Position numbers and translations under genes: made by a program. From Candidatus Krumholzibacteriia bacterium (GTDB taxonomy: Bacteria > Krumholzibacteriota > Krumholzibacteriia > Krumholzibacteriales > Krumholzibacteriaceae), in contig CAWIIQ010000003.1 of assembly GCA_963836185.1 (NCBI GenBank), positions 96,001 through 160,000 on the forward strand: 64,000 nucleotides of DNA, given 5' to 3'. The first letter of the stretch is position 1. Each line of letters begins with the position of its first letter. Of this stretch, positions 55,370 through 64,000 are shown in pieces. Under the pieces are notes generated by a model. That model ran no database searches. It saw only the letters and a list, made by a program, of their open reading frames with translations, and was not told the DNA's origin.

Positions 55370-56864
55370 GATAGTCTTTGTTCAGATCGGATCGAACGAC
55401 AGCCCCATAATTAATCCGGAGCTCACGGGCCAATTGGGATTTTATATTCTGAGCCATTTTCTCATATTGTCCCGTCGGGTCCTTGAGATACTTCACGGCA
55501 GGTTGCCAGAAATAGTGTCCTGTCGGTTCCTTGAGATAACATCCGACAGGCGCTCTGGCATATTGTCCGGGCGGTTCCTTGACATACTGCTCCATGTGCT
55601 TCTTTCCGTAGGCCCTCTCGGCCTCGAGCCGGTTGTGCTTCCCGCACAGCAGCCTGAGATTCTCCGGAGAGTTGTCCCCGCCCCTGGCAAAGGGGACCCT
55701 GTGGTCTATCTGCAGGTCCCAGGTAGACCCGCATCTCCTGCCGCCGGGGGAGACAAAGGAACATCGTCCCTTGTCCCTGGCGTATACCTCGTCACGGACC
55801 TTCCGGGGGATATACGCGCGACTTGATCAGGGGCCCCTGTCTGACCTGGGATCCTGTACTATTCGATTTTACGGCAGCCAGGCGACTGATCGATTCCTTC
55901 TCGGCCCTCTTCTCCCGCTTCTCTTTCTCCTGATCCTCCCCTCAGGGCTGTGTCTCTCGATGTACTCGTCCATCAGAAGAGAGAAGAGCTCGCCAAGCTC
56001 AAGATGCCTGTGATACTTCGAGGAGAGAAGAGAACGGACCTCTCGACCTTTCGCATGAAGTCGGGGTCCGCTCCGAACGTGACCTTCAGCCTCTCCTCGA
56101 AAACCACTGTCTGCGCGGCGAAGGGCCTGCTGCCAGTATCAGGGCTGGCTGCCGGCCCTTCGCCGCTGCCAGCTCTCGCTCCCCTTCGAAGTGGCAGGAT
56201 TTTTACCGCCACCGGTGGCGGTGGAGAATTTACCACCCCCATCTAACGTGTTGTCTCCGAGGCTGTTGCGATCGCATGTCTTGTCTCCGTCACTCTTACG
56301 GTCGCATGTCTTGTCTCCGCTGCTCTTGCGATCGTCGTCTTTTACAGCTAGCAGCGTTTTTACATATACCGGGGTGACCCTGTCTCTGATAGCGCTCTTA
56401 GGCCTGCGGCTGCTGACAAGAAGCTCGACCTCCCTTTTCGAGGCTCCCTCTATCCGGCAGAGAAGATCAGAGACATTCTCCGGGGTCATGATCCTGGCGA
56501 TCATCGCGAGGTTGGTCATGCTGACCTTCCCGCAGCAGAGCGCGCGGTAGACTGCCGGGTAGTCCCGGATGCACCTGGCGATACATATCCTCCTGCCGGC
56601 TGTGGACTCGGAGTACCCGAGACGCTCTGTGCAGAACTCATAGAGAGAGCTGAAGCCGAGAGGAAGATAGAGCTTTCTTCTGTCTATCTCGATCAGGTGG
56701 ACGAGGATAGAAAGCACGGTCTTTCTCTCAGTCTCAGAGAGCTTACGTATACCGGATAGAAGGGCCCTGTTTGAGACACCTTTGAGGGCTTTTACTTCCG
56801 GGATGGTCTTTGTGGATCTACTGCTGGAAGGGATCGAGCTCTTCGTCGTCCTCATCATCGTCAC
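55326..56864 (-). CDS. HNH endonuclease with helical DUF222-like N-terminal domain (about 4 frame breaks; may be a pseudogene)
   Basis: N-terminal L..L...ER....IL.HL.EIDRRKLY..LGFSSLYEFC...LGYSE..A.RRI; reconstructed C-terminus YIPRKVRDEVYARDKGRCSF...CGSTWDLQIDHRVPFARGGDNSPENLRLLCGKHN. Confidence 0.8.
55464..55586. repeat. Five 24-bp units alternating A-B-A-B-A (48-bp period)
   Basis: A units TTGTCCCGTCGGGTCCTTGAGATA / GTGTCCTGTCGGTTCCTTGAGATA / TTGTCCGGGCGGTTCCTTGACATA. Confidence 0.85.
56205..56222. repeat. 18-bp perfect palindrome inside the HNH gene
   Basis: ACCGCCACCGGTGGCGGT equals its reverse complement. Confidence 0.9.
56244..56333. repeat. 3 x 30-bp in-frame tandem repeat
   Basis: Encodes DRKSSGDKTC/DRKSDGDKTC/DRNSLGDNTL on the minus strand. 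Confidence 0.88.
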
Positions 56865-56922
56865 CTCCGGGTGAGATCAGGTCATTATCTCTGCCCCCCA
56901 TTTGCCCTCTCCATCTGCAGAC

Positions 56923-56931
56923 ATTATAACA
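56923..56931 (-). promoter_or_regulatory. Consensus extended -10 promoter for the HNH gene
   Basis: TG-T-TATAAT on the minus strand about 60 nt upstream of the GGAGG RBS/ATG. Confidence 0.55.
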
Positions 56932-57155
56932 CGGACTTCTGGCGCTAAAACAGATGGCGCCTGGCGCCTCGACGGGGGCCGGGATGAGCCGGATGTCTCG
57001 ATCTTCGAGAGAGGCGAAGAGAGGGGCGCTGAGGTCCGCCTGGCAGCGTAATTGACGGCAGAGTCGGAAGATGGAGATCTGGGGCTGAAAATTATGTCAA
57101 GGATAAAATTGAGAAAATCCAGGAATATTTTAGTTTCTCCAGGGATAATTATATG

Positions 57156-57190
57156 AAAAGAAGGGGAGCGACAATCATATCGCACCCCCG
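57156..57190 (-). terminator. Intrinsic terminator after the large secreted protein gene
   Basis: Minus strand GGGGTGCGATA...TGTCGCTCCCC-TTCTTTT. Confidence 0.6.
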
Positions 57191-57225
57191 CGCTATCACA
57201 GGAATTCCGGATATCCGAATATCAG

Positions 57226-60200
57226 TTATCGCAAGAGGACCATCTTCTTCGTCTGCGTGATCTCACCGGCGTTCATCCTGCAGAAATAGACCCCTGTCGC
57301 TACTGAAGCCCCGGCGCTGTTTCTGCCGTTCCAGACGACCTCATGCCGTCCCCCGTCGACGATATCATCCATCAGAAGACAGACAGCCCTTCCGGCGGCG
57401 TCGTAGATGGAGATCCGCACGCGGGTCCGCTTGCTGATGTCGAAGGTTATCGTCGTCGCCGGATTGAACGGGTTCGGATGAATCGATTTGAGCGCCGTCG
57501 CTGAAGGCAGAAAATCCTCCGCGTCACCGGCATCTGTCGGGGGATCGACGAAATAGCAGCCCGATCGCGTCTTGTCGTTCCGGTAGAAGGGCCAGCAGAG
57601 GTTATAGGCTGTTTCGAAATCCTCGACAACGCCGAGGTCGAAGGCATAGACCGAATCGGCCGATGTCGCCACGACCATATCGAGATATCCGTCTCCGTCG
57701 AGATCTCCTATGGCCGGCGAAGAATAGACCCTGCCCTCGACATCGAAAGGGAACCCCAGGATCGCGGCAGCGGAACTCTCCCAGCCGTAGACATTCCCGA
57801 CCGGGCTGCCGTGCAGGACCCTTTCATAAAAGGCCACGGGGGAAGGCGGCGTAAGGCCGGTGATCCACGCCCCCGCGCTCTGCGGCCAGGATGACATTAT
57901 GGTCCCGTCGTTATCGATAGCGGTCACTCTGCTGTAATAGAGCCCGGGATAAGGCGTATCGCTCCAGTATCTCGACGCCGCGATTATTTCCTGGCGGTCA
58001 TCTGTGTCAAGCTCGGCCAGGGCGAGTGACATGTCCACGGAGCCCTGTACCTGGGGCAGACTCGGCCAGATACCGCCCGCTAGATTGATCGCGTAAATTG
58101 TCCCGTTCAGGCCGCCTGTGATGACCTCGAGGTCATAATCGCTTGCGATATTTCCAAGGACAGGTGAGCAGGTCGAGATAGTATCGATCAGCACCGGCCA
58201 GTTCATGCTGTTGAAATATGTGCCGTCGGCATTGAACAGGTGGACGAAGGACTTGTCCTCAAGCTTTTCCATGCCGCTTGATATGACCGCTATCTCGATG
58301 GTGCCGTTCTGGTCCATATCCCCGACCGCCGGGGAAGTGACCGCTGTGCCGCCGAGAGGCACGGGCCAGGAGCCCGGGCATATCGTGCCGTCACCCTCGA
58401 GGGCATACAGCTGAATATCTCCGATAAGGGTTTTGCGGCTGAACAGGATCTCTAGCAGGCCATCGTCGTCGAGATCGACGAGAGCCGGCGTTGAGGTTAC
58501 CACCTGGCTCGGCCCGAAAGTCCAGAGCTGCGTTCCCGCCCAGTCGAATGCGTAGAGATACGACCCGCAGCCGACAACGATCTCGTTATGGTAGTCCCCG
58601 ATGATATTGCCGACCGCGGGAGAGGAATAGACCGGGTTGCCCAGGTAGACGGGCCACTGGCCGGGCAGTGTGGTCCCGTATGCGGAATAGGCGTACAGAT
58701 AACCGTCGTCGCAGCCTATAACTACTTCCTTCGTGCGCGGGTCGTTGTCGAGAAGCGCGATCACCGGCGAGGAATGAAAATCCCCGCCGCCCGGAACGGG
58801 CCATCCGTCCGTCGGTGGGATCGTCCAGTTGATCAGATGCGGACCGCTGACATTGTTATTTTCGTCAAACTCGGCAACAGCGTTCGTATAGTCGACCTGG
58901 AAATATGAGGCCCATTCCTCGACCTCGTCATTCGAGATATTCGGTATCCAGTGCGTCAGCGAATCGCCGGCCGCCAGGCTGTCGGTATGGAAGAAAATGT
59001 TCCCGCTCTGGCCGGTCACGGGAGGGGTGAGCAGGTCGTAGTAGTACCCAGTGTAAAAACCGTACGCGGTTATGTGACCGACATTCCTGATCTTGAGCGT
59101 CGCCTGAATATTGCCGTCCACAGGGGGGTAGTAGTCATCGAATTCAACGCTGGCGATCACCAGGTCGGGAAGCGATGTGCAGGCGGCCCCGCTTCTGCCG
59201 ATGAGCTCTCCGCAGGGGCTGTTGGCTGCCGCGCAGGGAGATGCGGTGTAGATGAAGGTATCATAGCTCGGCTGAACGCAGAAGAGGGGATCCTCGGATA
59301 TGTTGTCGTTGATACCCGTTTGGTCGGGCTGATGCCCGTAATAGTTTCGGGCCGTGTTTCCGAATACATCACAGCACATTATAACGGGTGCGATACTGCC
59401 TTGCCAGATACCGTCTTCGTTGTTGAAAGCGATGATCGTGTTGGTGATAGTAGTGTAAGAGCCGGCAGCCGAAAGGCCGCCCCCGGCAACTCCAGCGGTA
59501 TTGTACGCAATGGTGCAGTTGTCTACTGTTATGGAATCAAAAGAGATATCATGCCCGAGACCCATACCGCCGGATGACCAGATCGCATCGTTGCCCAGAA
59601 CATTGCAGTGCAGGACCTTCATCTCGCCCTGGGAAACCACGCCCCCACCAGCGTAGGCAGTGTTATCGATAATCTCGCAGGCATCAAGAACAACGGACGT
59701 ATTTCCAAAGGCATATACTCCGCCGCCGTTGGATTCGGCGTGATTATCGATGATAGAGCAGCCGAATATCGTTGCGTCGATTTGTTCCAGGTAGATCCCG
59801 CCCCCGTCATCTTCGGTCGAGTTTCCCGAGATCACACAATTCTCTATGAGCAGGCTGGCGCAACTATCGGCGTGGATTCCGCCACCATGGTGGCCCGATT
59901 CGGGACCTGAATAATTGTCACTTATCGTACAGGTAGTGATTGTTGCGGGAGTATCGTACAGATAAATGCCTCCACCCGATTCACTGGAGCCATTCTCCGA
60001 GATCACACAGTTTTCCAAAATAAGGCCGTCACAACCATACGCAGCGATTCCGCCCCCTCCGCCCCGGCGGTGATTGTCAGTAATAGTGCAGTTCTGAATT
60101 GTCGCGGTTCCACGTCCGCCATTTAAAATGCCGCCGCCGTTTACATAGTCATGTGTCAGAGAGGAATCGTTTCCGGTTATTACGCAGTTGCGGATTGTAG

Positions 60201-60582
60201 GGCTTGCTTCGCGTATCCTTATCCCCCATGCGGCTCCATTGGTTATCGTGAACCCGTCGATCACCGCCTGGCTTTCCAAGATATCGAATCCCAGTGATGC
60301 AGCCTGCAAAGTGCTGTAGGCATCGATGATTGTAACGGCAGGGCCGCTTTCTGAGATAATGTGTATACTTCTATAGTTCACAAGGATGTAACCATAATAA
60401 GTCCCCGCGGCGACGAGTACCGTATCGCCCTCCTCACTGTCGAAGACCGCATCATTTATCTGTGTAAAATCGCCTGATCCCCCGACGTCTACGTACCAGG
60501 TGGTCGCCAGCGCGCCGGAACCGGCGTGAACCAGAATCAGAGTGGCTATGATTAGCGCGAGAGCTGCGGGTGCCCTGTTCAT
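57226..60582 (-). CDS. Large secreted protein: beta-helix (GGGI repeats) + CARDB + FG-GAP/VCBS propeller + FlgD/T9SS-type CTD
   Basis: Signal peptide; N.....GGGIY repeats; PDLVI...EFDENNN; SSPA.GD.DGDG..D repeats; PNPFNP...IYD..GR...WNG...GVYF. Confidence 0.85.
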   Translation of the reverse strand: MNRAPAALALIIATLILVHAGSGALATTWYVDVGGSGDFTQINDAVFDSEEGDTVLVAAGTYYGYILVNYRSIHIISESGPAVTIIDAYSTLQAASLGFDILESQAVIDGFTITNGAAWGIRIREASPTIRNCVITGNDSSLTHDYVNGGGILNGGRGTATIQNCTITDNHRRGGGGGIAAYGCDGLILENCVISENGSSESGGGIYLYDTPATITTCTISDNYSGPESGHHGGGIHADSCASLLIENCVISGNSTEDDGGGIYLEQIDATIFGCSIIDNHAESNGGGVYAFGNTSVVLDACEIIDNTAYAGGGVVSQGEMKVLHCNVLGNDAIWSSGGMGLGHDISFDSITVDNCTIAYNTAGVAGGGLSAAGSYTTITNTIIAFNNEDGIWQGSIAPVIMCCDVFGNTARNYYGHQPDQTGINDNISEDPLFCVQPSYDTFIYTASPCAAANSPCGELIGRSGAACTSLPDLVIASVEFDDYYPPVDGNIQATLKIRNVGHITAYGFYTGYYYDLLTPPVTGQSGNIFFHTDSLAAGDSLTHWIPNISNDEVEEWASYFQVDYTNAVAEFDENNNVSGPHLINWTIPPTDGWPVPGGGDFHSSPVIALLDNDPRTKEVVIGCDDGYLYAYSAYGTTLPGQWPVYLGNPVYSSPAVGNIIGDYHNEIVVGCGSYLYAFDWAGTQLWTFGPSQVVTSTPALVDLDDDGLLEILFSRKTLIGDIQLYALEGDGTICPGSWPVPLGGTAVTSPAVGDMDQNGTIEIAVISSGMEKLEDKSFVHLFNADGTYFNSMNWPVLIDTISTCSPVLGNIASDYDLEVITGGLNGTIYAINLAGGIWPSLPQVQGSVDMSLALAELDTDDRQEIIAASRYWSDTPYPGLYYSRVTAIDNDGTIMSSWPQSAGAWITGLTPPSPVAFYERVLHGSPVGNVYGWESSAAAILGFPFDVEGRVYSSPAIGDLDGDGYLDMVVATSADSVYAFDLGVVEDFETAYNLCWPFYRNDKTRSGCYFVDPPTDAGDAEDFLPSATALKSIHPNPFNPATTITFDISKRTRVRISIYDAAGRAVCLLMDDIVDGGRHEVVWNGRNSAGASVATGVYFCRMNAGEITQTKKMVLLR

Positions 60583-60649
60583 GATGTGATCCCCTTCTTC
60601 CTGTAACACCGAGGCTGGTCTGTGCCGCCTGACGTGCGGCTATGCAAAT

Positions 60650-62350
60650 CTATCGGATCAGCGTCATCTTCCGCGTTCTTTCGAACTCCGGCGTGATCAG
60701 CTGATAGAAATAGACACCTGAAGCGACGTCGTTTCCCTGCAGGTCGCGGCCGTTCCATGTCTCTGAATATCTCATCGCCTCGCGCTTGTCATCCACCAGC
60801 ACTGAGATGAGGCGGCCCGACACGTCGTAGATCCGAAGCGATACCATGCCCGGCCTGTCCAGCCCGAAGTCGATCGTCGTCGACGGGTTGAAGGGGTTGG
60901 GGTAGTTCTGGGAAAGGAACGCCGCGTTCGGCGATTCCGCCGGATCGGCATCGGTGGACCCGTTGAAGTAGACCCTGCCCGTATAAATGTCGCTATAGGG
61001 CTCCCGGGCATCGCGCCATACCACAATACCGCCTCCGGCGCCGTCGGTGGCGATCCTGACTTCCAGCTGGTTCTCTGTATTGGAGCAGATCGCCGTGCCT
61101 ATACTCGGCCCCTGTACGTTTCCGTAAGCATCGACCGTACGGGCATAGACATCGCCGAGGTACGAGACGTTCCTGTTTTCCTGCCATGCGATAGCGGCGC
61201 CGCCCTGCCCGTCGGAAGCTATCTGGGGGTCGTACTGGGATGCGATGGCCTCGCAGATCATGACGCCATCGACGTTCCACAGAAGATCGCCGGTGCCAGT
61301 GATCCGTTGGGCATAGACTCCCCGTGGGGTCCGTGAGTCCAACCAGCATAGAACCGCTCCGCCGCTCCCGTCTTGCGCGATCTGGGGGTCGGTACGGCTC
61401 CCGGCATAATAGTAGTTTACGGCCAGGCCGTTCGCCGCCCACAGGGTGTCCCCGCTGGCGTTGACGCGCTGGGAGTATAGTCCGGGGCGAGAGCTCTCCT
61501 CCCACGTGATGATCGCGCCGCCGGCCTCGTCGGAAACGATCTGGGCGAATGTCTGCTGGCCTGCTTCGATGCATATCGGGATACCTGCCGGGTCCCACTG
61601 GAGTGTCCCGCTCGCGTCGATCCTCTGGGCATATACGTTGACGTCCGCGGGAACGCGCTCGTCGTCCCAGACGATGATCACGCCGCCGGCTCCATCGGTA
61701 GCGATACGGTGCCGTACCTGGTCGGCCGCTTCTGTGCAGACGCGGACGCCGCCGTTAGGCCACTGCCGGATGCCGGAGGCGTCGAGGCGCTGGGCATAGA
61801 GGTGGTCGGTCGAGGCGCTGTAGTTATAGTCCCGCCATACGACGATCGCGCCGTCCGCCCCGTCCGATACAATAAGGGGGTAATGCTGGGTTTCCGCCCC
61901 CTCGTAGACGACCGTGCCCCATTCTGTCCAGAGTCTGCTGCCGCCAGCGTTGAGGCGCTGCGCGTAGATGTCCTGGCCATAGGTCGCGGATTTCCGGCCG
62001 TCGGACCAGACGACGAGAGCTCCACCGGCCCCGTCCGGGGTTATATCGATCGGCGTCCAGGCGTAAATGGAATCTGAGTTGAGCATGATGCCTGCGCCCC
62101 ATAAAAGATCCCCGTTTGTGTCGATCTTCTGGACAAAGACACTGGGATGTTGCAGAGAGCTGACAAAACCCTGCACCCAGGCGATATACGCCCCCCCGTT
62201 GTTATCCGGGGCAATATGCGGGTCGAGCTCGTACCTGTCTCCCCATGAGACCTGCACCCCGTCAGTCTGCCACGCGGCCCATACGGACAGTCCGAAAATC
62301 ACGATAAATGTGACGGTAAAGACCGCCGTTCCAAAGGTCCTGTGTCGCAT
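60650..62350 (-). CDS. Secreted repeat (probable beta-propeller) protein with FlgD/T9SS-type CTD
   Basis: About 7 repeats of P.I..DG.GGA...W.D.R....IYAQR....G...W; QNYPNPFNPST...GVYFY. Confidence 0.85.
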   Translation of the reverse strand: MRHRTFGTAVFTVTFIVIFGLSVWAAWQTDGVQVSWGDRYELDPHIAPDNNGGAYIAWVQGFVSSLQHPSVFVQKIDTNGDLLWGAGIMLNSDSIYAWTPIDITPDGAGGALVVWSDGRKSATYGQDIYAQRLNAGGSRLWTEWGTVVYEGAETQHYPLIVSDGADGAIVVWRDYNYSASTDHLYAQRLDASGIRQWPNGGVRVCTEAADQVRHRIATDGAGGVIIVWDDERVPADVNVYAQRIDASGTLQWDPAGIPICIEAGQQTFAQIVSDEAGGAIITWEESSRPGLYSQRVNASGDTLWAANGLAVNYYYAGSRTDPQIAQDGSGGAVLCWLDSRTPRGVYAQRITGTGDLLWNVDGVMICEAIASQYDPQIASDGQGGAAIAWQENRNVSYLGDVYARTVDAYGNVQGPSIGTAICSNTENQLEVRIATDGAGGGIVVWRDAREPYSDIYTGRVYFNGSTDADPAESPNAAFLSQNYPNPFNPSTTIDFGLDRPGMVSLRIYDVSGRLISVLVDDKREAMRYSETWNGRDLQGNDVASGVYFYQLITPEFERTRKMTLIR

Positions 62351-62566
62351 GAGTATGCCCCTCCCGTTGAAATGTAATGAGATTTAACCCTTAAGAATTC
62401 TAGCAGATTTCCCTGCTAAACTCAATGTTTACCAAGGGTAATACCCACGGGCAGGGTAAGGATTAAAGGGATGGATGTGAGCAGCTCGGGGCTATCAGGG
62501 GGGTGTATGAGGAGCGGGCCTGCCCCGGGCTGGATGTGAGTGGTGGGAGGGTATTCAGGATATATG

Positions 62567-62629
62567 GAGAGGGCTTACCCCGGAAGAAACCCTCGGTGCC
62601 TCCGGGGTTTCGAAGGGGTAAGCCCTCTC
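62567..62629. repeat. Long inverted repeat just downstream of the porin gene
   Basis: GAGAGGGCTTACCCC...GGGGTAAGCCCTCTC (15-bp perfect arms) enclosing GAAACCC/GGGTTTC. Confidence 0.8.
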
Positions 62630-62638
62630 TGCCTGTAG

Positions 62639-63829
62639 CTACTTGATAGCAGCCTTGACCGCGAACTGGAACCTCATGGCGTCGTAGTCCGCGAGCGTGC
62701 TCTCGACCCCGTACGTCGTGTCCCTGTACTTCGTCTGCATATAGGCGAGCTCGAAGAGCAGCGAGACATTATTCGTGAGGCCGTACATCACGTTGCCGTA
62801 CGCCTCCGAGTTGAAGTCCCTCATCGAGTAGGACTCGCCATCGTCGGGGACCAGCCACTTGTCTCCATCCGGATCGTCCCAGCCGTAGCCGACATTGATC
62901 AGCGTCTTCTTCGACACGCCGACCTGTATCTGGCCCCAGCCGCCCATGGAGGGAAGGGGATCGCCGACGGGATTGACGCCCTGCAGGACGCCGCCGAGAT
63001 ACTGGCTGAGGTTCTCGCCCATGAAGAACTCGCCGAGCAGGGAGACACGCTTGTTGATCTTTATCAGAAGGTCACCGTTGAGCGACCAGGAAGGTGTGTC
63101 GTTCGCGTCGATATCCTCCGCGCCGAGGGCGGCATACTTTTCCTGGCCATAGTGGCCCGAGACGCCGATCGCGAACTTGCCTTCCTCGCCCATCGGTGTG
63201 CCGAGGCCGAGGCGGCCCTGGAACGCCGGCATACCCGCATCGGTCCCGTCGTTGAATTTGTCGTCATCGAGGTCATGACCGAGATTCCTCGAGATACCCA
63301 GATCGATCTTCAGGTCAGTGCTTTCGCCCGGCTTCATCTTGAATGTGAACCGCATCTGGGGCCTGCGGTAGCCGATGTTGCCCTGTGTCCAGTTGACGGA
63401 GTAGTTGACCGTCTTCGGGTTAAGGGGCGAGATGATGTCCCACGTCTGTCCGAAGAGAAGGGCCCATGTCTCTCCATCGAGCTTGATGAAGGCGTGGCGC
63501 AGCATCGGCTGAGCCTTGTTCTCTGCGGGGGCGGCGCCGTAGAAGTCGAACTCGAGCTTGGCGGTAGTCTTGTATGTGCCTTCATCCCACCAGAAATCAA
63601 ACCCCAGCCTCGTCTCGTTAGCGGTGAGGTAAAAGGCGTCGTTCTTTACTTCCATCTGTGTGACCCAGAGCCTGTAATTTCCGGGGTAGATCCTTGCGTT
63701 GTCCCACATGGCGTCAGCTTTGACAAAGCCGCCGAACTTGAATCCATAGGTCGGCTCACCTGCCGTTACCGGCAGTGAAGCCGAAGCGAGGACGACAGTT
63801 GCGAGGACTGCGATGATAACGCGCTTCAT
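62639..63829 (-). CDS. Outer membrane beta-barrel porin, DcaP-like
   Basis: Signal peptide; FGGFVKAD, A.ETRLG, LEFDFYG, LRHAF, GQTW, R.PQ.R. Confidence 0.8.
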   Translation of the reverse strand: MKRVIIAVLATVVLASASLPVTAGEPTYGFKFGGFVKADAMWDNARIYPGNYRLWVTQMEVKNDAFYLTANETRLGFDFWWDEGTYKTTAKLEFDFYGAAPAENKAQPMLRHAFIKLDGETWALLFGQTWDIISPLNPKTVNYSVNWTQGNIGYRRPQMRFTFKMKPGESTDLKIDLGISRNLGHDLDDDKFNDGTDAGMPAFQGRLGLGTPMGEEGKFAIGVSGHYGQEKYAALGAEDIDANDTPSWSLNGDLLIKINKRVSLLGEFFMGENLSQYLGGVLQGVNPVGDPLPSMGGWGQIQVGVSKKTLINVGYGWDDPDGDKWLVPDDGESYSMRDFNSEAYGNVMYGLTNNVSLLFELAYMQTKYRDTTYGVESTLADYDAMRFQFAVKAAIK

Positions 63830-64000
63830 TTGACTCTCCTCCCTTTCATTGATGCAAAAAAATATTTTTTCAGCGACAGAGAGTCGGGCATAAGGGCACC
63901 CGGTGTCAATTGTTTTTGAGGAGGCGCCACTCGCCCGCGGAGCGAAGCGGCTCGAATCCGTCGGTGTCGTGCTCGTGCCCGGCGGGGGCCGATCCGCGCA

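Noticed and set aside
55464-55586. CRISPR array
   Set aside because: Only three imperfect repeats, about 21-24-nt spacers that resemble the repeat, an open reading frame throughout, and no cas genes
56908-57100. Invertible or split promoter upstream of the HNH gene (7-9-bp inverted repeats; TTGACA about 165 nt from TATAAT)
   Set aside because: The repeats are too short, there is no recombinase nearby, and no simple rearrangement gives 17-bp spacing

Overview
GC-rich bacterial chromosomal window spanning the replication origin. Left of about 30.0 kb almost all genes are on the minus strand: rpmH-rnpA-yidD-yidC-jag-mnmE-mnmG-rsmG-[tandem parS]-lipoprotein-parA-parB-M23-bactofilin, then a long S9 peptidase-MoxR-DUF58-BatA/VWA-mfd-3x parvulin PPIase-S4-pdxA-ftsE-ftsX-envC run. 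To the right lie dnaA-[oriC with DnaA boxes and DnaA-trios]-dnaN-recF-dciA-gyrB-gyrA-secreted protein-hflX. Three secreted proteins with FlgD/T9SS-type C-terminal sorting domains suggest an FCB-related diderm such as Krumholzibacteriota/Latescibacterota (inference). About 23 frame breaks, several in essential genes, look like sequencing or assembly indels rather than biology. Four candidates stand out. (i) An 8-gene operon (48909-55369) encodes a split B12-dependent methionine synthase whose folate module is replaced by a non-pyrrolysine MttB methyltransferase, plus an isochorismatase-family hydrolase, a CxxC-less TrxB-like flavoprotein and a truncated RlmN-like radical SAM enzyme lacking the resolving cysteine. 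(ii) An unassigned structured RNA candidate with a possible pseudoknot lies just upstream of that operon. (iii) An HNH endonuclease gene has an 18-bp perfect palindrome embedded in its linker and an alternating 24/48-bp repeat tail. (iv) A clearly readable bipartite oriC. No tRNA, rRNA or CRISPR array was recognised. All calls are from reading the sequence only; no searches were run.
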